A DNA stretch of 64,000 nucleotides from a virus, in IMG/VR virus record IMGVR_UViG_3300007623_000006, positions 47,097 through 111,096 of that record. One strand, 5' to 3'. The translations under genes and the position numbers were made by a program. The notes under the pieces were generated by a model. The model was not told where the DNA came from. It saw nothing but the letters and a program-made list of their open reading frames with translations, and did no database searches. Every line of letters starts with the position of its first letter. Positions within the stretch are counted from its first letter, which is position 1. This document shows, in pieces, positions 39,286-53,100 of the stretch.

Positions 39286-41007
39286 ATGGTTTTAGGTACA
39301 TATGTATATAGCAACTTAAACAAGGCACACCTTTACACTGCTGTAAAGCAAGTTATTAATGACGAATCTATAAAAGACCAAGTACAAGCAGGACTCGACT
39401 CAGTACAAATTGGAACAGTTGAAAGACAAGACATAGTTGATGTTGTAGATTACATTGCTAGACATACATTTGTACCTGCAGATACAGATTTAACACCAAT
39501 TGTAGACGCAATAGAAGAAATATTGTACGGTTGGAATGAGCAGATTAACAAAGATAATATTATACAAGTATTCAAAGACCAAATTGAAGAAACTATAATA
39601 TATGATAATTTAGATACATCAGTTCCTTCACTTGAATTAGAGCAACAAAAAGCAGACTTAAAAAATGAATATTATACTCAAATAGAAACTATTGTTAATT
39701 CAGAAGACTATAGTAATACTTCACAAGAAAATGCTGAAAAAATAATAAATGCAATTAATTTACAAACTGGATTAAATTATAGTGTAGCTGATGTGCTTAT
39801 GGAATTTAATAGTGACACAGGTGAAAGAATAAATTCAAGTAATCTTAGACTTGCTATTATAGAAATTATTGGTATTGATTATGGATATGTAAATGAAGAT
39901 ACTGGTGACATTTTATATTTAGATGAGCTTGACCAAGCAATAACAGAAATAGGAGTATACACATTATCAGATGAAGAAATCACATCTGTTGTTGCTCGTT
40001 ATATAGAACTTATAACAGTTAGTGCACCTGATGTAGACTATGATACTATGGTAACTAAGATTAAAGATAAACTTTTATTCTTAGATTTAGGACCTGTACA
40101 AGTAGGAAACGATATGGTTATCGATTTAACGCCTACAGACTACAATAAAGGTAACACTAACATTGAAACTAGAGATGTTTATTTAACAGTTGACAAAGAT
40201 AAACAAAATTATATAACAAAAATTGACGACAATTCAATATCAGTTAATACAAAAACTGTTATGCAACAAATTGATGTTAAAGATGTTAATATCAAAGCAC
40301 AGTTAAAACAACCAAAGTTCAAAGTATCAGTATTTGGTGGTGCAACTATAAACTTTGAAGATGATGATGCTTGGAAAGTACTTACAAATGACGGAAGTGA
40401 GTACAGATGGGAGCATATAGAAACATTTTTTGAGCAAGGTATAGGTTTATTAAAAAGTGTTGACAAATTATCTGACTTAGATGCACTTCCAGACAAATTC
40501 TTAAGCAATGGTATGGTAGTATATGTCAAGAGTACAGGAGTGTATTACACTCTCATTGACAAAGAGACTCGTACTTGGGATGTGTTTCACAAAAATGATT
40601 TAACTATAGGTAGACCGGTAACTAGAGAAGTAGTTTACAAAAATATTAAGTTAGGTCATGGTGATACAGGTTCAGACTTAAAAATGTCAAGATTTACAAC
40701 AACTGTAGTAGATAGTGAAGGTGAGTATGTTAACTTAGAAGATTATATGGATTATACTCAACCAAATTTAGTATCATTTAAAAATGTAGGAGTTAAGCCT
40801 GCTAGATTAAATATAGATGAAGGTACCATAGTAGTAAATCCAAATAGTGTATTTGAAACTCCATTTGATAAAGCAATGGTTATTATGCTTAATGGTGTTT
40901 TTAATGTTGTTGGTGCATACATTGAGTTTGAAACATATTCAGAAGATATGTGCACCAAAACAGGTCTCGAAGACTTACCTAAATCTTTAGTTAACCCTTA
41001 TTTTTAA
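39286..41007 (+). CDS. Putative structural protein
   Basis: Helical acidic N-half; KVLTNDGS..RW and LSNGMVVYVKSTGVYYTL fibre-type motifs. Confidence 0.6.
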   Translation: MVLGTYVYSNLNKAHLYTAVKQVINDESIKDQVQAGLDSVQIGTVERQDIVDVVDYIARHTFVPADTDLTPIVDAIEEILYGWNEQINKDNIIQVFKDQIEETIIYDNLDTSVPSLELEQQKADLKNEYYTQIETIVNSEDYSNTSQENAEKIINAINLQTGLNYSVADVLMEFNSDTGERINSSNLRLAIIEIIGIDYGYVNEDTGDILYLDELDQAITEIGVYTLSDEEITSVVARYIELITVSAPDVDYDTMVTKIKDKLLFLDLGPVQVGNDMVIDLTPTDYNKGNTNIETRDVYLTVDKDKQNYITKIDDNSISVNTKTVMQQIDVKDVNIKAQLKQPKFKVSVFGGATINFEDDDAWKVLTNDGSEYRWEHIETFFEQGIGLLKSVDKLSDLDALPDKFLSNGMVVYVKSTGVYYTLIDKETRTWDVFHKNDLTIGRPVTREVVYKNIKLGHGDTGSDLKMSRFTTTVVDSEGEYVNLEDYMDYTQPNLVSFKNVGVKPARLNIDEGTIVVNPNSVFETPFDKAMVIMLNGVFNVVGAYIEFETYSEDMCTKTGLEDLPKSLVNPYF

Positions 41008-41011
41008 CTTT

Positions 41012-41019
41012 TATAAATA
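41012..41019 (+). promoter_or_regulatory. Late promoter TATAAATA
   Basis: Exact consensus, intergenic. Confidence 0.7.
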
Positions 41020-41061
41020 CTATTGTTAAAAAACACACAAATTTAAAAAGGAATAATAAAA

Positions 41062-44019
41062 ATGGCTTTAATAAGAAAATTTAATAAATTTAAGTATGAA
41101 AATACAGGTCTTAAATATATTGCCTTCAATGCTGATAATGGAGGAATTACTCCAAAAGCTTTCAGCCAAAGTATTGAAATATTACATGAATCTGGGGAAT
41201 TAATACCAGTTAGTGCTAAAGTAGCAGTTTATTTAAAACAAGATAAAATTGAGGATGCAGACTCTGAACAAGGTTGTATCACTGAAGGTCAAATTACATC
41301 TATTACTAAGATTGATGACTATAGATTTACATATACAATTAGTATAGAAAACGATGCAGCAGCATTAGGATTAAACGGACAACCTGTAACAGAAGTTGCT
41401 TTACTTGACTACGACCACTATATCTTACCAGTTGAGAAAAATGGTACTACATCATTTATTACATATTATTTTGATAACTTAGCTTTAGACGAAGCAATAG
41501 CTCAAGAAAAAGATTACTATGCAGGTTCTGCTAGTACACCATTCGCTGGAGCACAATACAAAGACCCTAAATACCCAATCGTTGATTTCTTTGATAGAAA
41601 GTTTACACAAACTTTAGAAAATGATGCAATCGTATGGGTTAGAGCTAAAGGTAATGGTGGTGCTGATACTATTACTTATAAAGATAGTTCAACTAACAAG
41701 TTTACAATTGGTTCAGACGCTAACTTTACAGGTAACCCTGAATATCCAGATGCTTACTATATTCAAGTAGCAGAATCAAGAACATCATATGATGCAACTG
41801 GAGATATGACTCCATCAATTCCAAAAGATGTACAATTAGGTTCAACTACTGCTAAGTTTATTGGTTGGCCATCAGCTTCTGACAACGAGGCAACTGATGA
41901 GTTAGTTATTGAAAATGCAAGTCCATTCTACTTCTTAAAACCTGAAGGTGTTGTAGGTGTTGATGGTTCTGCGTGGGATGATGATGGTGCTTCAGCAACA
42001 TTTGTTATTAATGGTGCTCACCAAGTTTCTCCAGAGTCATTAAATGGTATGGTATCAGTTTCAGATGGTGGAGACTATGATGACGACTATTGGACAAATG
42101 GTCACATGATTGTTAGTGGTAATAACCAAGGACAATTAGTTAAAACTACTTATACAGGTTCAGTTGATGCTACAGATTATTCGTCACAAAGAGTTATGTC
42201 TGTTGGTGGTGCATTTATTCCAGGTGATGGTAATGAATTCTATAACATTGAGTTCTATAGAAATGATGGTGTTGCTACAGAAGGTGTTGTAAAAGTTGAA
42301 ACTAGACAAGGTATTATTTTTGATAACTGTAAGTTCACTTCTGAGTGGGATGGTTACAAAGGTAAAGCAACTGGTGATGTTGTTGACACAAATGTTCCAT
42401 ATATTGGTACATCACAATTAGGTTCATGTATTAAAGTATCTGATGCGTTTGACATTACATTCAAAGGTTGTGAATTTAATAGAAAATCAGCATATGTACT
42501 AGGTGCAATTGATTGGCCAACAGGTCAAGTTCCACAATTAGATTCAATTGTTGTAGGACAAGAAGCATCATATGGTAAAGTTCCAGCAGTAGATGCAAAA
42601 AAATCAGGTAACTTAACATTTGACGGTTGTTCAGGTATCAACTCACACGGACAAACTGTATTCCAATTTGACGATGTTGATAACTTAGATATGGAAAACT
42701 GTATCTCTGAAACATACTACCAAGGAACTCCAAAAGGTTCAAGAGAAGTTATTGATAAACCAATCGGATACTTAGTAAACAACAACTCAACTTCTATGTG
42801 GTTAAAAGGTTGTTCATTCTACGGTGAAGGTATCGGTTTCTATGTTGAAAACTTAAAAGAAATGGTTTATCCATTAATTGAAGATTGTTCAGCAATTGCT
42901 AATGGTGAAGAAGCATTCTACTTTAGAGAAGTTAAATATCCTAAGTTAAGAAACTGTAAAGGTGAAACAATTTCTAAAAATGTATTCTTATTCGAAGGTT
43001 GTGAAGACCCTATCTTATTCAACTGTACTGCTGAATCTGATACAGGTTATGGTTTTGCGTTCAAAACTATTGAGTTCAGTGATTATATCACTAAACCATC
43101 AACATACTGGAGAACAAATGACTGTCACATTTTAAGTGGTTCAGGTTTAACATTTGATGAAACTTCATTACCAGGTAAAATTGATTTTGGTACATTTATT
43201 CAAACTGCAAACATTTATAAAGAAATTTATGGTGATGTTGTTGTTAGTGACAGGTCTTTAGTTGGTTTAAAATTATGGGATGCCCCATACAAAACTACTA
43301 TTAGAAATATGTACTTCAAAAACATTGTAAATGATGTTGATATTGACAAAGGTCCAAATGTTGAGTTATACTTAGAAAATACTCACTTTGCAGGTATTAA
43401 AGAAATTGAAGGTGAGTACAACTCTCCAGCATACTTTATCCACAAAGGGTTCTCAGGTGTTTGGGAATATAGAGATATTGGTGGTTCAATTACAACTTCT
43501 GCAGTTAAGTTAATTCCAACAACTGAAGAAACTACAGCAGGTTATGTACCAGGTGAGTTTTCATTATCATTTAAATCAAGTGTAAACAATGAGTTAGGTA
43601 GACCATCTATCACATTAGGTAACTCTAATGAAGAAACTCAGTACTTAGATTTAACTAAAGGTACAAACAAAATTACAATTTATGTAATGACAAGATTACT
43701 AGATGTTGAAAATCCATTAACTGATTTAGGTTTATGGGCAGAAGTTAAGTACAAAGATAGAAGTCCAGGTGACCCACATATTGCTACTGCTACAACTAGA
43801 GGTAGATTTGACGACTACGCTAAGTTAACAGAAGATACTGAACACATTTCAAGTTGGATGATTTCTAACACTATGGTTCCAGATAGTAAAGCATACAAAA
43901 TTGAATTTGAAGTTGTTGCAGGTCAAGACTGTTCAGCCCCATTAACAATTTGTTATGAGCACTATACAACTGTAGGTGAAGTGTATGTTGCACCATACGC
44001 AAAAGTAGAAACAGTATAA
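41062..44019 (+). CDS. Right-handed beta-helix (pectin lyase-like) virion protein, possible tailspike
   Basis: Repeated rungs IIFDNC, ITFKGC, LTFDGC, LDMENC, WLKGC, LIEDC, KLRNC, ILFNC; high-expression codon bias; own promoter and terminator. Confidence 0.75.
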   Translation: MALIRKFNKFKYENTGLKYIAFNADNGGITPKAFSQSIEILHESGELIPVSAKVAVYLKQDKIEDADSEQGCITEGQITSITKIDDYRFTYTISIENDAAALGLNGQPVTEVALLDYDHYILPVEKNGTTSFITYYFDNLALDEAIAQEKDYYAGSASTPFAGAQYKDPKYPIVDFFDRKFTQTLENDAIVWVRAKGNGGADTITYKDSSTNKFTIGSDANFTGNPEYPDAYYIQVAESRTSYDATGDMTPSIPKDVQLGSTTAKFIGWPSASDNEATDELVIENASPFYFLKPEGVVGVDGSAWDDDGASATFVINGAHQVSPESLNGMVSVSDGGDYDDDYWTNGHMIVSGNNQGQLVKTTYTGSVDATDYSSQRVMSVGGAFIPGDGNEFYNIEFYRNDGVATEGVVKVETRQGIIFDNCKFTSEWDGYKGKATGDVVDTNVPYIGTSQLGSCIKVSDAFDITFKGCEFNRKSAYVLGAIDWPTGQVPQLDSIVVGQEASYGKVPAVDAKKSGNLTFDGCSGINSHGQTVFQFDDVDNLDMENCISETYYQGTPKGSREVIDKPIGYLVNNNSTSMWLKGCSFYGEGIGFYVENLKEMVYPLIEDCSAIANGEEAFYFREVKYPKLRNCKGETISKNVFLFEGCEDPILFNCTAESDTGYGFAFKTIEFSDYITKPSTYWRTNDCHILSGSGLTFDETSLPGKIDFGTFIQTANIYKEIYGDVVVSDRSLVGLKLWDAPYKTTIRNMYFKNIVNDVDIDKGPNVELYLENTHFAGIKEIEGEYNSPAYFIHKGFSGVWEYRDIGGSITTSAVKLIPTTEETTAGYVPGEFSLSFKSSVNNELGRPSITLGNSNEETQYLDLTKGTNKITIYVMTRLLDVENPLTDLGLWAEVKYKDRSPGDPHIATATTRGRFDDYAKLTEDTEHISSWMISNTMVPDSKAYKIEFEVVAGQDCSAPLTICYEHYTTVGEVYVAPYAKVETV

Positions 44020-44027
44020 TTTCTACA

Positions 44028-44054
44028 TTAAGAGAGAGTTTAACTCTCTCTTAA
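44028..44054 (+). terminator. Hairpin/terminator
   Basis: TTAAGAGAGAGTT-T-AACTCTCTCTTAA, a 13-bp inverted repeat after the stop. Confidence 0.7.
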
Positions 44055-44104
44055 ACTTAAACGAAACTTAAACTAAATCAACTAACTAAACTTTTATAAA
44101 CTCT

Positions 44105-44112
44105 TATAAATA
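44105..44112 (+). promoter_or_regulatory. Late promoter TATAAATA
   Basis: Exact consensus before TTG 44140. Confidence 0.65.
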
Positions 44113-44139
44113 CTCTAAATTAAATTAGGGTGTATTCTA

Positions 44140-47100
44140 TTGAAACTTTTTGATACTTACTTATATAAAGTTAACAATCATTACAATGCTAACAGAGATG
44201 TGTATGTACATACTCCTGTATATTCTTTCGATGGTCAAGAACCACAAAAACAATCTGCTGATTCACTATATAGAAATGAAATAGAAACTAAACCTAACGG
44301 TGTTAAATACAAATATGAAGATGGTCCATTAGACAGATTTGATATTAACACAAAAACTCCTATTGTAGATACACTTTACAAAAAATCATATGTATTTGAT
44401 AATAACACATTCGGTCTGATTGAAGAATTTGTAAGTCAAAAACCTGATGTAAGACAAAACGGATATATGAAAGAAGTGTCTAGTGGAAAATCAATTCAAT
44501 TAGACCAACACTTATTTGTACCTTACTTAATTGGTTGTTACACTAGAGAATTTATCGAAATTAATAAAACTAAATATGTATCAAATTATGTTGATGATAT
44601 TGAAATTCCAAACTTAGACAGTATCAATGATGAACTGATAATTATTAGTAACTGTAACCTTAGAAAAGGTCAGTTACCTATTAGATACGATATTCAGATA
44701 CCTAGACCAAAAGCAGATTATGGTAGAGAAGTAATCACATTTGTAACTACTGATGGAATTGAAGGTGAAGTTCCTTATAGAGTAGTAGATGGCAACTCAA
44801 CAATCAATCCACCAATAAACTACTTAATTGATAATAATATTAAACATATTATAAATGATAAAATAAGACCTACAATAGTAGATAAGTTTAACCTTAGTAT
44901 AAGTGATATAGATTTAACAGTTTCAACAGGTAATAATTTTTACAGTGGGTATAGATTTAACCGAAACTATAAACATAAGAATAATACAACAATTAGTAGT
45001 GAACAATTATCTTACCATAATGCAATAATTAAAGAAAGTGTTACTGATATATTATCTGTAAAAACTGATAATATATTATCTTATTCAAAAGAGTTATTCT
45101 TTGATACTTATAGAAATCCTATTAATAGTAAATCAACTGAAACTATTTCTTACAATACACAACCATATAAAGGGTTTGACAGTTTATACAATGATGTTAG
45201 AGCATCTGAAATTGAAAAAGTATATAAACCTGAATATAAGTTAAATGAATATGACTATAGAGATGTAACACACTCAGTTACACAAACTCCTGATTATACT
45301 ACATCTATATTTAGTAAATTAAATCACAATCCTACTGCTAAATATGTGTTTAGTGATGAAATTAAAATATACGATAATTTTAGAAGTATTTTAGAAGCTA
45401 CTACACACAATCAGTCACTTAGAACTGATACATATGAACAAAATAAAGTTCCATATGTATTTGATAAGTTAAGTGGAACTAATTATGACTTATATGTAAG
45501 AGAATTACCTACATATATCGAAAAACCATATAGATTTACATTTAACAGATTAGTAGATTACAAGCACTATTCTAACATTGAATCGATAAGTAATATTCTA
45601 TATAGTAATAAACCATATAGATTTGACAATATAACAGAAGTATTCTCAGAGTTAGATTTAAGTAGCAAAGATTATCAATTAAGTTATAACCATAGCAAAT
45701 TAAGTTCAATTGAAAATACTAATTCTTATACTTATTTTGTATCTGACTCACCTGAGTACTTATATAACCCATATGTATTTGCTGAGCACAAATTATTTGA
45801 TGTAAGTGGTTCAAATAATGTAGTTGATAGAACTATATACAAAGCACCAAACAAACCTTACAAAGAGTTTGAACCAAGACTTTCTGATTTTAATGGTGAA
45901 AAAACAAGATACGAGCAATACACACCTTATTTTAAATTTAACCATAAAGGGTCATTATACATAGACAATGGTTATGTATTACCAAAAGTTGGTGAATACC
46001 TAAGAGAAGAAAAATACACTGGTTTATTATATAATGATAATGGATATGTATTACCAAAAGTTGGCGAATACCTAAGAGAAGAAAAATACACTGGCAATCT
46101 TTATAGAGGTACAGATTTAGTCCTATATACTCATAGATTAGACAAATACAGTAAAGACCTTATCAAATCTACTGAAACATTAAGATACAATAACCCACTT
46201 GACGACAAGGCAGTTAGAGAATTACCATTAGGAACATATGAATTAAGATATGAAAATCCACTTGATGATAAATCAGTTAGAGAATTACCATTAGGAACAT
46301 ATGAATTAAGATACGATAGTCCACTTGATGATAAAGCAGTTAGAGAATTACCATTAGGTACTGAAACATTAAGTTACCCTAAAGTTTCAAAGATACACCC
46401 ACCTTTAGAGATTAACTATACTATTGAGCATATATATAATAATTATCTGACATCATATGATATAACACCTGAAATTAAACTTGATAGTGTATACAAACAT
46501 ATCAATTTAACAAGTAATAGAAGTGACTTAGACCCTTCATATAAACTAAGAACTAATAGTACTTATGAAACTGGTAGGTATATATTTGACACAGAATTAA
46601 AATATCAGTCACATATAACTAGATTACACGAGCCTAAAAGAAATTACTTTCCAGACTTAAATATAGATAAATCTTTACCTAAAAGAGATACATCATCATA
46701 TGTAGCAGGGAAGTACCTAGGACCTGTATATAAACATACCAACACACTTTTAGGTAGTGATGTTTATACAAATAATAATCTGTACAAATCAGTATATATT
46801 GATTATGCTCCAGTAGAAGTAGATTTAACAACACTTAGATACAATAAAAAAGCACCAACAGTTAGTGAAAATTTACCTGAAAGAACAGCTGCTTTATATG
46901 TATCAACTGCATATTTAGACTTAGCATACAAACATAGTTTAGAATTAGACACATCTACTCAATTTAGAGTTGATAATTTATACAAAAACATATACAAACA
47001 TCCTCTAAATGATATTTTAGGAATAGATGAGTTTAGATATAACCCTGAAAGTAAAAAATACTATTTAAAAGATATAGTTAGTAGAACATCACTACCTGTA

Positions 47101-50100
47101 GAATTAGATGTATATTTAAAACAACCTGCAGTATATTTTCCACAATATATGCAAGGTTCAACAGAATACAGAGCATACAATCTTTATAAAAATGTTGACT
47201 TAGATAGTACAGTATCATCGATTGCAGATTTAAGTGTATTAAGATATAGTAAAGGTTTAACACTAGTAAACAAAGATTTATTTGATAGACATAGTGAACC
47301 ATACTTTATATCAAATTACTTAAAGAGTGCTTATAAACACTCAACATTCTTACCAGCAGAAAAAAAGGTATTCAATCAAGCATACAAAAACTTACCAGTT
47401 GAGTTAACACAATACGCAGTTAAGAGTGAGTTTAGATACCCATCACCTGTTATTGTAAACAAATCATTACCTGAGTTACATAGTAGCGAATACACAGTAA
47501 ACAACTACTTAGCACAAACAGATAAACATCCTTTAAGTATAGTTTCAGATAAAAAATTATATAATACCCCATATCAAAATATCACATTAAGCAGTGGTTT
47601 AGACTTTAGTAGTGATGTATATGTAAGATACAGTAATAAAGAAATTATTGTAAACAAAGAATTACCATTATTATTCAGTGGTGAGTACAGTGTAGATAAT
47701 TATTTAGCACAAATTAGTAAACATCCATTATCTGTTGAATCTAAAGAAAAGATATTACCAACACCATATAAAAATATTACATTTGAAACAGGTCTTGATG
47801 TTACTCAATTAGGTACATTTAGATATAACCAAGTAGTAGAATTATCAATGATAGTTTACCACAGTTAAGTACAAATGTATATGAAGTTAACAATTACTTA
47901 AAACAAACTAGTAAACACCCATTATCAGTTAGTGATGATAAAAGAGTATACAATACACCATACAAAAAAATCACTGTAGAGAGTGGTTTAGAGTTATATA
48001 CAGGTACATTTAGATACCAACCAAGTAGTAGAATTATCAATGATAGTTTACCACAGTTAAGTACAAATGTATATGAAGTTAACAATTATTTAAGTAGAGT
48101 TTCAGAACATCCGATTGTATTATCTGGTGAACAAAAGATATTCAATACACCATACAGAAAAATTACTGTAGATAGTGGATTACAATTAACAAGTGATAAA
48201 ACACTAAGATATCAACCAAGTAAAAGAATTATTAATGATAGTTTACCACAACTACATAGTACAGAATATACAGTTGATAATTATTTAGCACAAGCAATTA
48301 AACACCCATTATCAGTTAATGTTGACAAGAAAATATTCAACAAACCTTATTTAAAAGTTGATATATCTGCAGTAGATTTATCACAATTAGGTACATTTAG
48401 ATATCAACCAAGTAAAAGAATTATTAATAATAGTTTACCACAATTACATAGTACAGAATACACGGTTAACAATTACTTAAAACAAACTATTAACCACCCA
48501 TTATCAGTTAATGTTGATAAGAAAATATTCAACAAACCTTATTTAAAAGTTGAAACTGAATTAGATTTAAGCTTTGTTACTGAATTTAGATACCAACCAA
48601 GTACTAAAATTGTAAACAAAGGTTTACCAAGATTACATAGTAAAGAGTACACAGTTGATAATTATTTAGCAAGTGCATTTAAACATCCAGCTAATATATC
48701 AATTGAAAAACCAAGTAGTTATACTAGATTATATAAAAATATCACAGTTGAAACAGAACTAGTATCAAATATCGGAGAGTTTAGATACGGTAAAGGTTTA
48801 ACTTTAGTAAACAAAGACTTATTTGAAAGACATAGCGAACCATACTTTATATCAAATTATTTAGCAAGTGCATACAAACATGATATGTCTGTATCAGTTG
48901 AGGCTGATAAAGAATTCTTTAAACCATATAGAAAAATTGATTCACTATCATTAGTTTCATATGATTTAGGTGAATTTAGATATAGTGCTAGAAAAATACC
49001 AGTTGAACAATCACTATTCACACATACAAGCAGCATATACACACCTAATAACTACTTAAAACAACCAATTGGATTTGATTTACCATATACAGGTAGTGAA
49101 TTTAGATACACTAACAATTATAGTAAAATTCGTACTAGTACTGAACTTGAAAAATACACAGGTGAATTTAGATATAAAAAATTATTCCCACCAGTAGGAC
49201 AAGAACTTTTTGATAGAGCAAGTCAGGAATATATTAGTAATAGTTATTTAAAGCAAATATTCACACACTTCCCATTATCACAAAAAGGTTACCAAGAAAC
49301 TTTATATACTGACATATACAACAAAATTAATAGACACGAAACACCTAACTTAAGTGTTGGTGAAATTAATTATAAAAACTACACTAAATCATTTGAATTA
49401 TATGACAATTATGGTATAGAGTTAGACACTGAATATGTAGTTAACTATACAAACTATACAAAAACATTAGATGTAAATTCTGCACTATTTAATAGACATT
49501 CAGATTCACCTAATTATAATAGATACTTAAAAAGAATATCAGAACACCCTTATACTGTTGCTTTAAGTGAACCAACATTAAAATATAAGTATGGTATTGC
49601 TTTTGTATATGAAACATCAAGCACAGATGTTGAGTTTACAATTGATATATCAAAAGTTTATAACAATTACTTAAATGTTGCTAAAAGAAATATTGGTACA
49701 GTATCAAATGTTGATTTAGATACACCACTATATAACAATAAAACATTACTTAGAAATGACTTAAACAAAACTGAAGTTTTTGATTCTAATGTAGCAGATA
49801 AGTTATTACCTGAATTTAGATACACTGATAAGCACAATAAATTATACACAGGTGCGTTTAGAAACAGACCAGATGATATAGTAGAACATAATAATGATAC
49901 TTACTTATCAAGTGAAAAAGATAATCTATTCCATTCATACAACACTTTAGATTTAGTAGTAAAAGATAGAATACAACTATCTCCTTACACATTTGAGTTT
50001 AAAAAACACAATATAAGTGTACCACAGCTAGTTACTGATAAAATAAATGTACCAAGATACTTAACGGATGTATTATCTGATAATATATCAACATCATATG

Positions 50101-53100
50101 GAATTGACAGACAGATTCACTCTAAAAATTACTTTAGAGAAAATTTAAATGTAAACATAGATGTATTATCTGATAATGTATTAAGTTATGTAACACCTAC
50201 ATATAGAGATGTAAATCCACAGTTTAAATCATTAAATTTAATATCAATAGACAAACATATACAGGTACCATCATACTTCCATGATAGTGTAACTCCTGAA
50301 TTAACAACATCATACAGAATTGATAGAGAAATACAGTCTAAAGCATACTTCAATAATATTGTAAGTCCTAAAATAGCAACATCATACAGTATTGATAAAC
50401 ATATTCACATAAACAATTACTTAGGTGAAAACTATAAATTACAGTTAACTAGCAAAGATACAACTGTATTAAAATATGTTACTCCATTATATAAAGACAT
50501 TAGTGTACAGTCACAAACACATGAGTACACTCCTAGAATTGAGTCACCTTTATATAGTCACAATAGATTTGATAATCTTACAAGATACAATATTGATACA
50601 TATGGTAGAACATCAGAATTTAAAATGGCAAGACCAAGCTGGTCTAGAACTGATGTTAAACAACCATACAATGATTTCTTATTAAAAGACCAATACAGAG
50701 AGACATTTAGAACATACCATAGTTTAGAAAGTGTAGATTTTAGACAAAAATTAGAGCAAGACCATCAAGTTGTTATATATGACAAACCTTGGTACTTAGT
50801 TAAACCTGAACACAAATCATACTACTCTGATGTATTCAATACTCCTGGTGTTTATAACTTAGATGGGTACAACAAAAGATACACTGATACAAATGAGTAC
50901 GATAACTTAAATATTGCTGAAAGTGGTATCAGATATGAAAGCAATACATCTAAATATTTCTTAGGACTTACTGAACAAGAAGAAGTATTTAAACCTTTCA
51001 GATATAAGAATGACCTTAACAAGTTTAGTAAATCTGGGTTTAACCTTGGAACTAAACAAAAAGGTTACGAAAAAGAAGTATACTTAGTTAAAGCAAGAGC
51101 ACTGTTCTTATCTGACATTTATGTTGATGAAAATATACTTGCTAAATTTAGATATGATAATTATTCATTTGGTACTAAAACAAGAGATGAAATTAAACTT
51201 GACTACAAAAGAGGTCAAAATTATTTAACAAGACTTGATGTTGATACTTATATTGATGAGTATAGTACAAGAGTTGTTTACAATAATAACTTAGAAAAAT
51301 ATTCTAGTTTAGATATTGATAGTGGTACATTAAGTACACCTAGATATGATAATTACCTAAATGACTTAAGTGTACCATTTACAAGTATATCATTTGTTTC
51401 ACCTAGATATGATAATAACTTAGAGAAATATAGTACAAATATAAATGGTCTTACATTAAGTACACCTAGATATGATAATTACTTAATTAAACCTGAAGTA
51501 GCTGATATTGAAATATCTACAAGTGGTATTAGATACAATAATACATTAGAAAAATATTCTAGAAACATAAATGGTTTAACATTATCTACTCCAAGATACA
51601 ACAATTACTTAAATGACTTAAGTGTAACTTTAGATACTATATCTACAAGCGGAATTAGATACAATAATACATTAGAAAAATATAGTACAAATATCAATGG
51701 TTTAACTTTATCTATTCCTAGATATAATAATTACTTAATTAAACCTGAAGTAGCTGATATTGAAATATCTACAAGTGGAATTAGATACAATAATAACTTA
51801 GAAAAATATAGTACAAATATCAATGGTCTTACATTAAGTACACCTAGATATGATAATTACTTAAATGACTTAAGTGTACCTTTAGATACTATATCTACAA
51901 GTGAAATTAGATATAATAATAACTTAGAAAAATATAGTACAAATATCAATGGTTTAACTTTATCTGCTCCTAGATATAATAATTACTTAAATGACTTAAG
52001 TGTACCTTTAGATACTGTATCTGTAAGTGGAATTAGATACAATAATACATTAGAAAAATATGTTAGTTTAGATATCGACACAAAAGTTGTGTCGGATAGA
52101 ATTTACAACTATTTACCAACATTAAATGAGTTCTATGTACCTGAAACACCTGTATATGAATTTAGATATGACAGTAAAAGAATAGAAAATAGTTTAGCGC
52201 AACTAGATATTAAAGTTACTGCTGAATTTACACATAGATATTTACCAAATGTTGAATATGAAATTGCTGAAACAATTAAAGAGTTTAAATATGTATCAGA
52301 TTTATCTAAATACAATGCTCATGGGTATAGTGTTAATACAACACACAAACAAACATTTAACTATAACAATAACTTAGAAAAATATGCAGTTGAACCAATT
52401 ATTAATGTTGCTACAAGTGATGATATTAGATACAACAATACATTAGACAAATACATTGTCAATGATACATCATACAAAACAACATCTAATAGTGGATTCA
52501 AATACAATAATAATATATCAAGTTATGTACCTGAAGTAGAAATTACTGAACAATCAAGTGAAGAAGTTTCAACATTTAGATATAATAATTCAGTTGCTAA
52601 GTATAATAGTAGAGATATAAGTACTCAAGTTACATTAAACTCAAAAATATATACACCACAATTAGAAAAATATCTAGATAAAACACCAGATACAAGATAC
52701 TTATTAGAGAAAAAAATATACGAAACTGATGTATTTAAAATTAGGGATATAGAACACTACAATATTGATGAAATTATTAGTACTTCTACTTTTAACAGTA
52801 GTTATAATAAACCATCAATAAGTTCAGCAGAATTCCATAGATATGACATCGTAACACACTCTGAGTCTATAAAATATAACAATAGAATACAAACAACTAA
52901 GAAAAAAGACTTTAGAGTTTATATATTACAAGATGAGCATAGATTTACAGATATTGAATTTAGATTTGAACAAAGAGGTCCAATTAACCACAATCCATAT
53001 GGTAAAGAAGTTAAAGTATACTATGCTGAAAACACAAGACAAGAAGTTGCTTGGGAAAGAGATTTATATGAGCAACCAGAATTAACAAAAAGTAGAGAAA

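Noticed and set aside
47815-47835. Programmed ribosomal frameshift
   Set aside because: No X XXY YYZ slippery site or stimulatory structure; sister repeats show a simple missing base
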